A DNA stretch of 64,000 nt from Candidatus Magasanikiibacteriota bacterium (lineage in GTDB: Bacteria > Patescibacteriota > Patescibacteriia > Magasanikbacterales > UBA922). Below the pieces are notes generated by a model. The model did no database searches. It saw nothing but the letters and a program-made list of their open reading frames with translations, and was not told the origin of the DNA. The stretch lies in assembly GCA_041674805.1 (NCBI GenBank), contig JBAYVA010000001.1, positions 390,612 to 454,611 on the forward strand, in the 5' to 3' direction. Shown here one piece after another: positions 37,166 to 46,949 of this stretch. The position numbers and the translations under genes are program-made. The stretch's first letter is position 1, and each line of letters begins with the position of its first letter.

Positions 37166-38269
37166 CTACCACCATATAATCCCTTTCACAATCACATAAT
37201 AATATACTTTCATTACAGGATTAGCTAAATATTTTACTAATACATTATCTGTTGAGGAATCTTGAAATAAAATTTCTGAGGCACTATGACGCAATATTTC
37301 TCTATCACTCACTTTTCTATTTTTTTGAATTTGTTTTCTTTTGTTGAGCCAAATAGACCAATTTTTAAAATTCAACCAATATTTATATACTTTCCATCTT
37401 TCTTGTAAATAACCATTTCTAAAACTAAAATACCAAAGACCAAACTCAAGACCAATTGCAATAGGTGCCAACAAAATCAAAGTAGGTATTTTGAAATACA
37501 TGAGCATTACTGCATGACGATTTCTCTCCATCCAATAAAATTTCATAATACTACGAGAAAATTGATATTGATGATAAAAAATAGAATCTTTGACCATAAC
37601 TACTTTGAAACCTAAACTACGCATACGAAGTCCCCAATCCAAATCTTCATGATAAATATAAAAGTCACTATCCCATGCTCCATATTTTTTTATAAGTTCC
37701 GTACTTATCATGAAAGCAGCACCACTAGCATAATCCACTTCTTGTACTTTTTGCAAATTCACATCTTTGATATTTTTTCGATAGTCATTACAAAAACCAA
37801 AACCAAGATAATGAAAAGAATTACCAGTACTATTTATAAGTTCAGTTTCTGGATAAAGCAAAATTAAAGATTGAGCTATCGCAATATTTTTGTCACTCTC
37901 CAAAGTTTCTACCAAAGATTCAAGTGCATTAGTAGCAAAAAAACCATCATTGTTGTGGAAGAAAACATAATCAAAACCATTTTCTACTGCCCAATTAGCA
38001 CCTTGATTATTGCCAACAGCAAAACCTAAATTTTCTTTATTAACAATAATAGTAGTATGAGGAATTTCTGTACCAGACAAAGGCATTACGACATCATCTA
38101 AATAATGAACAAAATTTCCATCTTTTTCATGATTGTTAGCTACAATAACAAGCTCTATTTTATCTTTTGGATAAGTTATTTTTTTAAGTGAAGAAACCAA
38201 ATTATCAATGTAAGATTGATTGTGATAATACAAAAGATAAACGATGACAATTTTTGGATAATTTTGCAT
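37166..38269 (-). CDS. Glycosyltransferase family 2
   Basis: NLGFAVGNN, HNND, ASGAA, YHEDLDW. Confidence 0.9.
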   Translation of the reverse strand: MQNYPKIVIVYLLYYHNQSYIDNLVSSLKKITYPKDKIELVIVANNHEKDGNFVHYLDDVVMPLSGTEIPHTTIIVNKENLGFAVGNNQGANWAVENGFDYVFFHNNDGFFATNALESLVETLESDKNIAIAQSLILLYPETELINSTGNSFHYLGFGFCNDYRKNIKDVNLQKVQEVDYASGAAFMISTELIKKYGAWDSDFYIYHEDLDWGLRMRSLGFKVVMVKDSIFYHQYQFSRSIMKFYWMERNRHAVMLMYFKIPTLILLAPIAIGLEFGLWYFSFRNGYLQERWKVYKYWLNFKNWSIWLNKRKQIQKNRKVSDREILRHSASEILFQDSSTDNVLVKYLANPVMKVYYYVIVKGIIWW

Positions 38270-38274
38270 ATTGA

Positions 38275-39123
38275 TTATTTATATTGAGAAGCATAATATT
38301 TATGATTGTGTCGCCACTTCCATAAATAAGTAAGCCAGCTTTTGGCATGAATACGAGCTAATTTATTTTTGAAAATTGCTTTGAACAATCCTGGTATTTT
38401 GGCAGACTCCCTAGTATGAACATGATTAATTATAATATCATGCACATAGTAAACTGGATAATTTTTTTCCCACATACGATGACACCAATCAGCGTCCTCC
38501 AAATACATAAAATATTTTTCATCAAAAAATCCAATATCATCAACGACTTCTTTGCGTACAATCATAGCAGCACCCAAAACCCAATCTACAGGACGAGTAT
38601 AATTGTGATCAAAGTCTTTCATTTCCAATTTGTCAGCATGCTTCTTCACCCACTTATATTTTTTATCAAAATTTATTTGTTTCAAAGGTTTGATAAGAAT
38701 AGATGCCAAATCAAAACGGTAGCAAGTATATTGCAAAGTATCATCCATATGCAAAAGCTTTGGACCAATACAAGCAATCTTAGAGTGGCTATCCATGAAT
38801 TCCACAATTCTTTCCACTGTCCGAGAATTTTCAGGAATCAAAGTATCCGGATTAAGTGCAAAATAATAACGTGCTTGCATATTTCTAAAACCCAAATTAT
38901 TTCCTTTACCAAAACCAACATTAAACAAAGCATCAACATAATTTACTTGTGGGAATTTGTTTACTAATTCTTCTTTTATATTATCTTCATTCTTAGAATT
39001 ATCAACTACTGTAACTTGCACATCATATTTACAATTTTGTATATCCAAAAACAAAGACTCAATTGCTCTTAAAATATCTTCCTTTCTAAAATAATTTAAA
39101 AATACAATATTTATATCTTTCAT
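38275..39123 (-). CDS. Glycosyltransferase family 2
   Basis: NVGFGKGNN, LNPDT, WVLGAA, MYLEDADW. Confidence 0.9.
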   Translation of the reverse strand: MKDINIVFLNYFRKEDILRAIESLFLDIQNCKYDVQVTVVDNSKNEDNIKEELVNKFPQVNYVDALFNVGFGKGNNLGFRNMQARYYFALNPDTLIPENSRTVERIVEFMDSHSKIACIGPKLLHMDDTLQYTCYRFDLASILIKPLKQINFDKKYKWVKKHADKLEMKDFDHNYTRPVDWVLGAAMIVRKEVVDDIGFFDEKYFMYLEDADWCHRMWEKNYPVYYVHDIIINHVHTRESAKIPGLFKAIFKNKLARIHAKSWLTYLWKWRHNHKYYASQYK

Positions 39124-39127
39124 AAAT

Positions 39128-40123
39128 TTATGTTAGTTCCCCTGCAATATTACTAGACATAATATTATTTATTTCTTCTATAGTGTGTGCTTGTGACAAA
39201 GCCCACATAAGCTTGGTAACAGCTGCTTCTGTAGTCATATCATGAGCTGAAATTGCCCCAGCTTCTTTGGCCTTCAGACCAGCTTCATAAGCTTCCAGAT
39301 GTGTCTTTCCTCTTTCCATCTGATTAGCTATTAAAACTATAATATTTTTTTCACGGGCTTTGATAATCCCAGGAATAATTGAAGTTTCCAAAAAAGGCAC
39401 ATTGCCAGGACCAAATCCTTCAATCACAATAGCGCGAATATCTAGAGAAAGTAAATTCTCCAAAATATCAGGATTAAAACCAGGAAATAATTTTATTACT
39501 ACAATACGTCTATCAAAATCTATTTTAGCGTTCAATTCACCACCATGTCTCTTACGACACCATTCATTAAGCACAATTGGTCTGCCAAGTTCTCCCAATT
39601 CAGGAAAATTTGGTGAATGAAAAGCAGCCACAAAAGATTCATGATGTTTTTTGGCTCTATTACCTCGCAATATCTGATTTGACAACACGATACAAACTTC
39701 AGCAATATCTAGTCCTGCTGTCATACAAGCATAAAGCAAATTATTACGCGCGTCAGATCCAATTTCGAGCAATGGAATAAGTGACCCAGTGAAAACAACA
39801 GGTTTCCCCAAATTTCCCAAAGCATAAGACAAAGCACTAGCAGAATAAGCCATAGTATCAGTTCCTTGAGCTACCACAAAACCATCATAATCATGATACT
39901 TTTCTAAGATACGCTTTGCAAGCTTGATCCAATGATCTGGTACCATATTTGAACTGTCGACATTTACCACCAATTCAAAATCAATATTAGCAATTTCACT
40001 CAGCTCTGGTACATTATTCAATACTTCAAGTGCTGACTTAGCTGGTTGCAAAGCCCCTGTTTCTGGATTACTCACCATACCAATAGTACCACCAGCAAAT
40101 AACAATAAAATCTTTGGTTTCAT
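39128..40123 (-). CDS. ansA: L-asparaginase type I
   Basis: GGTIGM, DSSNM, QGTDTMAY, FTGS, TTEAAVTKL. Confidence 0.9.
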   Translation of the reverse strand: MKPKILLLFAGGTIGMVSNPETGALQPAKSALEVLNNVPELSEIANIDFELVVNVDSSNMVPDHWIKLAKRILEKYHDYDGFVVAQGTDTMAYSASALSYALGNLGKPVVFTGSLIPLLEIGSDARNNLLYACMTAGLDIAEVCIVLSNQILRGNRAKKHHESFVAAFHSPNFPELGELGRPIVLNEWCRKRHGGELNAKIDFDRRIVVIKLFPGFNPDILENLLSLDIRAIVIEGFGPGNVPFLETSIIPGIIKAREKNIIVLIANQMERGKTHLEAYEAGLKAKEAGAISAHDMTTEAAVTKLMWALSQAHTIEEINNIMSSNIAGELT

Positions 40124-40124
40124 A

Positions 40125-41204
40125 TTATTTCCACCACACTCTTAATTCTTTATAACTTACATTCCTCATTTGTGTTACTTCTTCTCTACGTTGTTTCAAC
40201 AGTTTTTTATTTTCCCAGATGACAGATAAGCCTTTTAATACCTTTCTGTCAAACACTAAAAAGTAAACAAACTTCTTTAATTCATACCATATTATAAACA
40301 AAAAATCAAGACTAAAATTCTTCCCATATTCATTTTTGTAAAGTGTCATTAGATGATTTTTGTAACTATGATACTTGACCCAAGCTGATTGTTTTTTCTT
40401 ATTTTCAGCAGAAGTCTTGTCCCCTAGTTTTTCTTGACCTCCAGCTGACCTGTCATGATAAGTAACAGCATCTAACAAAACAAAAGATTTGAAACCAAAC
40501 AAACGCAAACGCCAAGACAAATCTACATCTTCTTTGTAAGATTCATATAAGTTATCAAAGAAGTTACCATCTGAAAATTTTACCATATCAATAGCACTTT
40601 TTCGGTACATTGGCAAAGCACCAGACACACCAAAAACTTCGAGCGATTCATCGTGTGCACGAAATGACAATTCCATTTTGGCTTTCTTTTCATCCCAATC
40701 TTTGCCAACATATTTTTCGACAACACGTCTATTTTTCATTATTTTCAAACCTAATGAATCTACATAATTTGTTAAACTATCAGAAAAATCAATATCTATT
40801 TGATTAAAATTCCATTTCATCAGTCTTGGCGTAACAGATGCTACATCTTTATTTTCATTAAGAAATTTTACAAGTTTCTCCAAAACATCCGGCATCAAAT
40901 ACATATCCTGATTCAACAAAAGAAAATATTCACTCGTTCCTCGTTCCTCGTTCCCCATTCCCCTATAAAGTTCATTATGTCCGCCTGCAAAACCTATATT
41001 TTTTTTACTATCTAAATATTCATAAGGAAGATCAAAATTTTCTAATTCTTTTTTTATGAGTTCAGCAGTATCATCACTAGAAGCATTTTCCCAAACAAAA
41101 AGTTTCCAATCTTTGTAAGTTTGTTTTTTTAGAGAATCAAAAAGATAAGGAATGTATTTACTTCCGTTCCAAGAAACTAAATGAATTGATAATTTTTGTG
41201 ACAT
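40125..41204 (-). CDS. Glycosyltransferase family 2
   Basis: ENASSD, GFAGGHN, LLNQD, YKEDVDL; ATG at 41204. Confidence 0.88.
   Translation of the reverse strand: MSQKLSIHLVSWNGSKYIPYLFDSLKKQTYKDWKLFVWENASSDDTAELIKKELENFDLPYEYLDSKKNIGFAGGHNELYRGMGNEERGTSEYFLLLNQDMYLMPDVLEKLVKFLNENKDVASVTPRLMKWNFNQIDIDFSDSLTNYVDSLGLKIMKNRRVVEKYVGKDWDEKKAKMELSFRAHDESLEVFGVSGALPMYRKSAIDMVKFSDGNFFDNLYESYKEDVDLSWRLRLFGFKSFVLLDAVTYHDRSAGGQEKLGDKTSAENKKKQSAWVKYHSYKNHLMTLYKNEYGKNFSLDFLFIIWYELKKFVYFLVFDRKVLKGLSVIWENKKLLKQRREEVTQMRNVSYKELRVWWK
40933..40964. repeat. 7-nt tandem repeat in frame within the GT2 gene
   Basis: (ctcgttc)x3-cccattc-ccct, encoding RGMGNEERGTS on the minus strand. Confidence 0.85.
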
Positions 41205-41219
41205 AATATATATAAATAG

Positions 41220-41323
41220 ACAATTTTTAAATATACAAATTCCAAACAAATTACAATATACAATACAAAATTTTGTAATTTATAATTTGTGTATTATTTG
41301 GAATTTGTATATTTAATATTGTT
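41220..41323. repeat. Long inverted repeat (empty arm pair)
   Basis: 41227-41246 and 41297-41316 form a perfect 20-bp inverted repeat, extended imperfectly on both sides. Confidence 0.85.
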
Positions 41324-41328
41324 TATTT

Positions 41329-42177
41329 TTAACTTTTAAATTTATTAATAACATACACTAAAAAAATTCCTACTGGTCTTGCAATTGCAATCCACATCCA
41401 CTTATACCACGCTTCCCATTTCTGAAAATAAATTAGCATACTTCTCGTAAAATTCTTTTGCTTCCAAAGACTTTCTTGCTTTTTGAAACTTTGACCAACA
41501 TAGTCTACAGCCGTAATCACCGGACTATACATGACTTTTAATCCCATTTTTTTCACCTCACGACAAATATCTACATCTTCATACCAAATATAATATCTAG
41601 GGTCAAAGGCAAAGCCTAGTTTCTCTACCACTTCACGACGCATCAGCATAAAAGAACCCCGCACAGAGTCAACCTCTTGTTCTTTACTTCCATCAAAATC
41701 TTTCATCAAATATTTGTCCATCATTTTTGGAAAAACATGTGGTAATTTCAAAATAAGAGCTACTTGTTCCCATACTATTGGCAATCTGCGAGGCTTGGCG
41801 TCTTCATTTAATTTTTCATTTTCATCTACCAATCTTGGACTAACAATTCCCACGTCTTTTCTTTTTTCCAGCCAATCAACAATCACATCCAGACTTCCAT
41901 CTTCTACTTTCATATCAGGGTTCAAGAACAATAAATATTCACCAGTACTAATTTCAACACCTTGATTGTTGGCATGTGAAAAACCAGTATTTTCAGTATT
42001 AGCAATGACTTTTACATTTGGCAATAATTTGACAATTTCAACAGTTTTATCAGCTGAGGCATTGTCCACTATGATTTGTTCAAATTCTAGATTTTTACAA
42101 CCCGAAATCACTGACTTCATTTGTCTTTCTATTTGTTTTTCATTGTTCCAGGTAACTGTGATGATAGATAGTTTCAT
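41329..42177 (-). CDS. Glycosyltransferase family 2
   Basis: MKLSIITVTWN, VDNASAD, NTGFSHANN, LNPD, YEDVD. Confidence 0.9.
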   Translation of the reverse strand: MKLSIITVTWNNEKQIERQMKSVISGCKNLEFEQIIVDNASADKTVEIVKLLPNVKVIANTENTGFSHANNQGVEISTGEYLLFLNPDMKVEDGSLDVIVDWLEKRKDVGIVSPRLVDENEKLNEDAKPRRLPIVWEQVALILKLPHVFPKMMDKYLMKDFDGSKEQEVDSVRGSFMLMRREVVEKLGFAFDPRYYIWYEDVDICREVKKMGLKVMYSPVITAVDYVGQSFKKQESLWKQKNFTRSMLIYFQKWEAWYKWMWIAIARPVGIFLVYVINKFKS

Positions 42178-42185
42178 AGGACAAT

Positions 42186-42220
42186 TCATCCTGAGCCGAC
42201 GAAGTACGGCGTGAGGATCT
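42186..42220. repeat. TCATCCTGAG...GGATCT REP-like element
   Basis: Related to 11780-11812 and 5135-5160; internal GCCG...CGGC stem. Confidence 0.7.
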
Positions 42221-42365
42221 TTCTTAAGATAAAATCTCGTAATTAAAATACACAGACAATTATATAAAGTCTTTCTTATATTATCAATTCTAGCCTATTT
42301 TAAACTAAAAATCAAGCACAAAAAAACAACTCTTTTTTGAGTTGTTCTTTTCGAGAAGATGTTTA

Positions 42366-42770
42366 CTAATTTAATGATTCCAGTGCTATAATAGCACCTT
42401 CAAACCTACTTATTATAACATTTACACGCTCCTCATACCAAGCACGCAAGTTCATGTGTTTAAATTCAATATCTTTTTTCAATCTTTCCTGACGAAGAGT
42501 GCTTAATTTCTCTTCTAAAAAACCAATCTTAGCTTTAATATCCAAAACAGTATAATTTTCTACTTTCAAAAACTTTTTCAAATCATATCTAGTTTCTAAA
42601 TCCATTATATACTCACGTATTTCTTTTTCTTTTGCGTCGTAATCATGTCTTTCACGAGTATCCATTTTATTTTTCCTTCTTACAACAACATCATATTCAT
42701 CCAAAACTTTTTTATCAGGGCCTTCTTTTTCTCTTTGACTAACATCAATTAACGGTTTTTCTACTGACAT
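42366..42770 (-). CDS. Hypothetical coiled-coil protein
   Basis: 134 aa ORF followed by a hairpin at 42321-42350. Confidence 0.6.
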   Translation of the reverse strand: MSVEKPLIDVSQREKEGPDKKVLDEYDVVVRRKNKMDTRERHDYDAKEKEIREYIMDLETRYDLKKFLKVENYTVLDIKAKIGFLEEKLSTLRQERLKKDIEFKHMNLRAWYEERVNVIISRFEGAIIALESLN

Positions 42771-42787
42771 ATAGAATTATTTAAAAT

Positions 42788-43936
42788 TTATAAACTTAAA
42801 TTATTAACCACTTCCACAATTTGTTTCTTAATTTCCTCAAATTCTTTTTTATCACTCAATCCTAATCTTACTTTAGTATAACCAAAAAACAATTTGTGAA
42901 GTAGTTTAGTTTTTTCTTTTGCAAGTCTTGCTAATTCACCCAAAACATCAATATCACCATATTCAGATAAAATATTTTCTATTGTCTTACTATGATCAAC
43001 GCCATTTTTGTTTGCCATAGCTGAGGCTGATGACATAATGAAATCAAACAAATCACGTGCCTTCTGTTCCAAAAGTGGAACATCTTTTTTATATTGTGTT
43101 TCGGGATCACAAATGTGTACTTGCTTTTCTTTATCAACAATAATATTTGGTAAAATCAATTCACCCCAAGTAACAGGTGGATCAGCTTCGTGCATTCTCT
43201 TTACTTCTCTTGTTATTTTTTTCAAAATATCAAGTAAACCATTTTCATCAATATCTTTAGCATATTCACATTCACCAAAATCTGCAATTTCTTCCCTATT
43301 AGCAAAAAGATCATAAGCATTAACATTTGGTATAAATGGTAAAACCACAACATTTGGTTCAACAATATCCAATACAGGTATTCTACTACGTTCTTCAAAA
43401 ATATCTTTCCAATCTCTTGATTTACATTTTGCCATTCTCGTACCTGTCATTCTTTTCATGAAACTATCTAAACCACGATGAATAAAAGAAGTACTATAAT
43501 TATTTATAACAAAATATTTACTACCATCAGCTAATTCTACTATCTTAGTACGTGTACTAAAATTGGCAACTTTTGAATCGTACTCTGTAGCTGTTTTATT
43601 ACCTCTTATAAGGGCAGGAGCAACAAAACCAACTTCCAACTTGAAAGCAGAAACAACTTCTTCTAATTCCAGTCTCTGTTCTGGAGGTAAAATTATTTTA
43701 CCATTTTTTATAGTATAACCTTGTCTGTTATTTTGATCAGCATTAGCTTTTTCTATTTCATCTTTTGTATTTTTTATTTGTTGTTGTCTTCTTTCAGAAG
43801 CTTCTGGTGTTTCAATTCTATGTTCAACTTCTGGTGCAACAATTTCATCACCAGTAGTTTCTAGTTTTGATCTTTCTGTATCAGGCATTTTAAATTCTTG
43901 ACCTTCTGGTCCTTTCCCTTTTTTTATTTCAGCCAT
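42788..43936 (-). CDS. Hypothetical protein with possible divergent kinase-like fold
   Basis: MH...TWGELILPNIIVD...HICDPE...KARDL spacing parallels HGDL..N / DFG / D. Confidence 0.55.
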   Translation of the reverse strand: MAEIKKGKGPEGQEFKMPDTERSKLETTGDEIVAPEVEHRIETPEASERRQQQIKNTKDEIEKANADQNNRQGYTIKNGKIILPPEQRLELEEVVSAFKLEVGFVAPALIRGNKTATEYDSKVANFSTRTKIVELADGSKYFVINNYSTSFIHRGLDSFMKRMTGTRMAKCKSRDWKDIFEERSRIPVLDIVEPNVVVLPFIPNVNAYDLFANREEIADFGECEYAKDIDENGLLDILKKITREVKRMHEADPPVTWGELILPNIIVDKEKQVHICDPETQYKKDVPLLEQKARDLFDFIMSSASAMANKNGVDHSKTIENILSEYGDIDVLGELARLAKEKTKLLHKLFFGYTKVRLGLSDKKEFEEIKKQIVEVVNNLSL

Positions 43937-43945
43937 ATTTTAAAA

Positions 43946-44806
43946 TTATTTACTATTTTTCAAATAATCCCCTAAAGCTTCCTGCCAACTATGCAATTTT
44001 TTAAATTTGTTATTATTCAAGACTGAAAAAGCAGGGCGTTTCGCAGGACGAGGGAAAGCATTAGACATTACTTTATTCAAAATTATTTTTTTATTACTCA
44101 ACTTAAATATTTCACTTGCAAATTCATACCAAGTACAAGCACCATCGTTAATAATATGATAAGTACCAAAGTTCTGTTTACTTTCCAATATTTCTTTTGT
44201 TGAAACAGCTAAATCAAAAGCATAAGTTGGAGCACTTACTTCTTCATCTACAACATCTAGTTTTTTCTTACCCACTTCGTTTACTAGCCAGAGCATAGTA
44301 TCAACAAAACTTTTTTTACTTCCTTCTCCACTACCAGGCAAACCAAAAATTCGTGAAGTACGAATGATAAAATATTTATCACAATTTTTTCGGACATTTT
44401 CTTCTCCAGCTAATTTTGTCTCGCCATATTTACTTATAGGTTCTGCCACAGAATCTTCATCATATCCATTTTTATTTTCACCAGAAAAAATATAATCAGT
44501 TGAGTATTGAACTAAAATAATATTTAATTCTTTCGCAATCTCAGCTAATATTTTTGGAGCTTCAGTATTTATTTTTTGTGCTATTTTATAATCACTCTCT
44601 GATTCTTCTATTTTGTCTACAGCATTATAAGCGGCAGCGTTAATTATTATATCTGGTTGTAAATTTTTTATCACTTCAAAACTTTTGATTCTGTCCGTAA
44701 TGTCCAAATCTTCTTTATCAAAAGCCAAGACTTCATGTTCAGAAGCTAAAACTTTTTGTAAATAATTTCCCAACATTCCTTTGCTACCAGTTATCAGAAT
44801 CTTCAT
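43946..44806 (-). CDS. rfbD: dTDP-4-dehydrorhamnose reductase
   Basis: GSKGMLG, STDYIF, YGETK, RPAKRP. Confidence 0.93.
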   Translation of the reverse strand: MKILITGSKGMLGNYLQKVLASEHEVLAFDKEDLDITDRIKSFEVIKNLQPDIIINAAAYNAVDKIEESESDYKIAQKINTEAPKILAEIAKELNIILVQYSTDYIFSGENKNGYDEDSVAEPISKYGETKLAGEENVRKNCDKYFIIRTSRIFGLPGSGEGSKKSFVDTMLWLVNEVGKKKLDVVDEEVSAPTYAFDLAVSTKEILESKQNFGTYHIINDGACTWYEFASEIFKLSNKKIILNKVMSNAFPRPAKRPAFSVLNNNKFKKLHSWQEALGDYLKNSK

Positions 44807-44809
44807 AAT

Positions 44810-45226
44810 TTAAGAAGCTAATTTTTCATCTCTAATTTTTAAATATTCATCGTAATCTTCGATATAGTCTTTTCTTTCAGGATTATAATTTGTAGATGAT
44901 AAAGCAAGGAGTACTGCGTCATTAGAAAAATCTTTGAAATGATGCCAAACATAATTGGCAATATACAAAGCAGAAGTAGGTGCTTCCATTTTTATTTCTT
45001 CAATACCTTGACCTCTATCTACCACAGCCGTACAAGTACCAACCACAAGAATAAAAAATTCTTTTTCTTCCATATGACAGTGCGCACCTGTTGGACCTTC
45101 TGGTTTTGTAATATAATAAACTCTTTTTACTTCAAAGTCTACATAATCTTTTAGCTCAATAGGACTCATAGTGAATTTACCAGGTACTACTATTTTTTTG
45201 ATTGCTAATTCACGAAAATGTTCCAT
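44810..45226 (-). CDS. FdtA/QdtA-family cupin (sugar 3,4-ketoisomerase-like)
   Basis: VKRVYYI, GAHCH, VWHHF, DAVLLALSS, DYIEDYDEY. Confidence 0.8.
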   Translation of the reverse strand: MEHFRELAIKKIVVPGKFTMSPIELKDYVDFEVKRVYYITKPEGPTGAHCHMEEKEFFILVVGTCTAVVDRGQGIEEIKMEAPTSALYIANYVWHHFKDFSNDAVLLALSSTNYNPERKDYIEDYDEYLKIRDEKLAS

Positions 45227-45246
45227 ATTCTTCTATAATTTAAAAT

Positions 45247-46302
45247 TTAAGTATTTGATTTCATTTTGTCTTTTGAATGTTCTAGAGTTTCTTGAAATTT
45301 ATTCATTTCATCTTTTTTCTTATTTCTAAGACCTTCTACCCAAGATGTATTTTCCTTATACCAATTGATAGTTTCTTCTAGACCTTGTCTAAATTTATCA
45401 GCGGTGTAAACAGGTTTCCAACCAAGTGCAGTAATTTTACTAGCATCAATAGAATATTTTCTATCATGACCAGGCCTATCTGTCACATATTCTATTTTGT
45501 CTTCACCAAATCCTAATATTTCAAGCATCATTTTGGTCAATTCCATATTGTTTCTTTCGTTGTCTGAACCAATATTATAGACTTCACCAGCCACACCTTC
45601 ATGCAAAAGCAAATCAAGTGCACTAGCGTGATCACGTACATGAATCCAATCACGGACATTTAGACCATCACCATAAACTGGTACATTTTCTCCAGCAAGA
45701 AGTTTGAAAACAAAAAATGGAATAAGTTTTTCTGGAAATTGATAAGGACCGTAATTATTGGAACAATGAGTAACAACAACAGGTACACCGTGAGTAACAA
45801 AATAAGCATGACACATCATATCTCCACCAGCCTTGGCTGCAGCATACGGCATATTTGGTGAAATTGGAGTATCCTCTGTGAATTGAGAAGGATCTTCCAA
45901 CTCTAGTGAACCATAGACTTCATCAGTAGAAACATTTACAAATTTTTTGATATTATTTTTCTTGACGGCATCAAGAATCATTTGTACACCAAGCGTATTG
46001 GTCAAAACAAAATCTTTACAACCACCATGAATAGATCTATCAACATGTGTTTCGGCCGCAAAATTTATAACATGATCAATATTATATTTTTCAATTACTT
46101 CATTTAATTTTTCCAAATCAGTGATATCCCCTTGTACAAAAGTATAATGAGGATTATTTTCTATATGTTTATGATTTTCCAAATTTCCAGCATAAGTCAA
46201 TTTGTCAAAATTAACAATTTCATAATCTGGATATTTTTCCAACATATGATGAATAAAATTGGATCCAATAAATCCAGCCCCTCCACATACAAGTAGTTTC
46301 AT
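45247..46302 (-). CDS. rfbB: dTDP-glucose 4,6-dehydratase
   Basis: GGAGFIGSNF, DKLTYAG, AAETHVDRSI, STDEVYG, NNYGPYQFPEK, DRPGHD. Confidence 0.96.
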   Translation of the reverse strand: MKLLVCGGAGFIGSNFIHHMLEKYPDYEIVNFDKLTYAGNLENHKHIENNPHYTFVQGDITDLEKLNEVIEKYNIDHVINFAAETHVDRSIHGGCKDFVLTNTLGVQMILDAVKKNNIKKFVNVSTDEVYGSLELEDPSQFTEDTPISPNMPYAAAKAGGDMMCHAYFVTHGVPVVVTHCSNNYGPYQFPEKLIPFFVFKLLAGENVPVYGDGLNVRDWIHVRDHASALDLLLHEGVAGEVYNIGSDNERNNMELTKMMLEILGFGEDKIEYVTDRPGHDRKYSIDASKITALGWKPVYTADKFRQGLEETINWYKENTSWVEGLRNKKKDEMNKFQETLEHSKDKMKSNT

Positions 46303-46327
46303 AATTTAATCTAATTAAAAATATTTT

Positions 46328-46864
46328 TTATTTAATAAAATGATTTCTGACCAATGCCCAAACAGCCATAGTAGGTCCATTAAAAATTTCATTATTCTTT
46401 ATCATTTCTTCTATCTCATCTGGGCGACGATACAAAACATCTATTTCTTCTGAATCATCTAGATTTTGCTCACCTTGCTTAGAAACGTGAGCAATATAAA
46501 CATTACAATAATTTTTTATTTGAGCTGGAGCATAAGCAAAAATTCCAACATTTACCATTTCATCAGCAGTATAACCAGTTTCTTCTTGCAATTCAGCTTT
46601 GGCTGCTTCCAATATTGTCTGGTTACCTTTGGCTTTACCTGCAGGAAATTCAATACTTTGTTTTTCAAATAAATACCTTTGCTGTAAAACAAGTGCAATT
46701 CTACCATCTGATAAAACAGGTACAATCATAACAGAACCTTCTGATTCTAAATAAAAATAATCACCAACTTGTCCATTTGGTTTTTCATAAGTATCATGTT
46801 TATATTTACACCAAGGATTTTCGTGAAGTGTCTCTTCTGATATTTTTTTTAAATGTTTGGGCAT
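46328..46864 (-). CDS. NUDIX hydrolase (ADP-ribose pyrophosphatase-like)
   Basis: EFPAGK...AKAELQEETG. Confidence 0.88.
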   Translation of the reverse strand: MPKHLKKISEETLHENPWCKYKHDTYEKPNGQVGDYFYLESEGSVMIVPVLSDGRIALVLQQRYLFEKQSIEFPAGKAKGNQTILEAAKAELQEETGYTADEMVNVGIFAYAPAQIKNYCNVYIAHVSKQGEQNLDDSEEIDVLYRRPDEIEEMIKNNEIFNGPTMAVWALVRNHFIK

Positions 46865-46908
46865 AAAACAAAATTTTCAATTTAGGAATTTTAAATTTTA
46901 AAAAATGT

Positions 46909-46948
46909 AGGTCACATCCGTAAATCCGTATTATCCGTATATCAGGAT
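46909..46948. repeat. ATCCG-type repeat arm (copy 2)
   Basis: aggtcacatccgtaaatccgtattatccgtatatcagg, adjacent to the HIT stop codon. Confidence 0.8.
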
Positions 46949-46949
46949 T

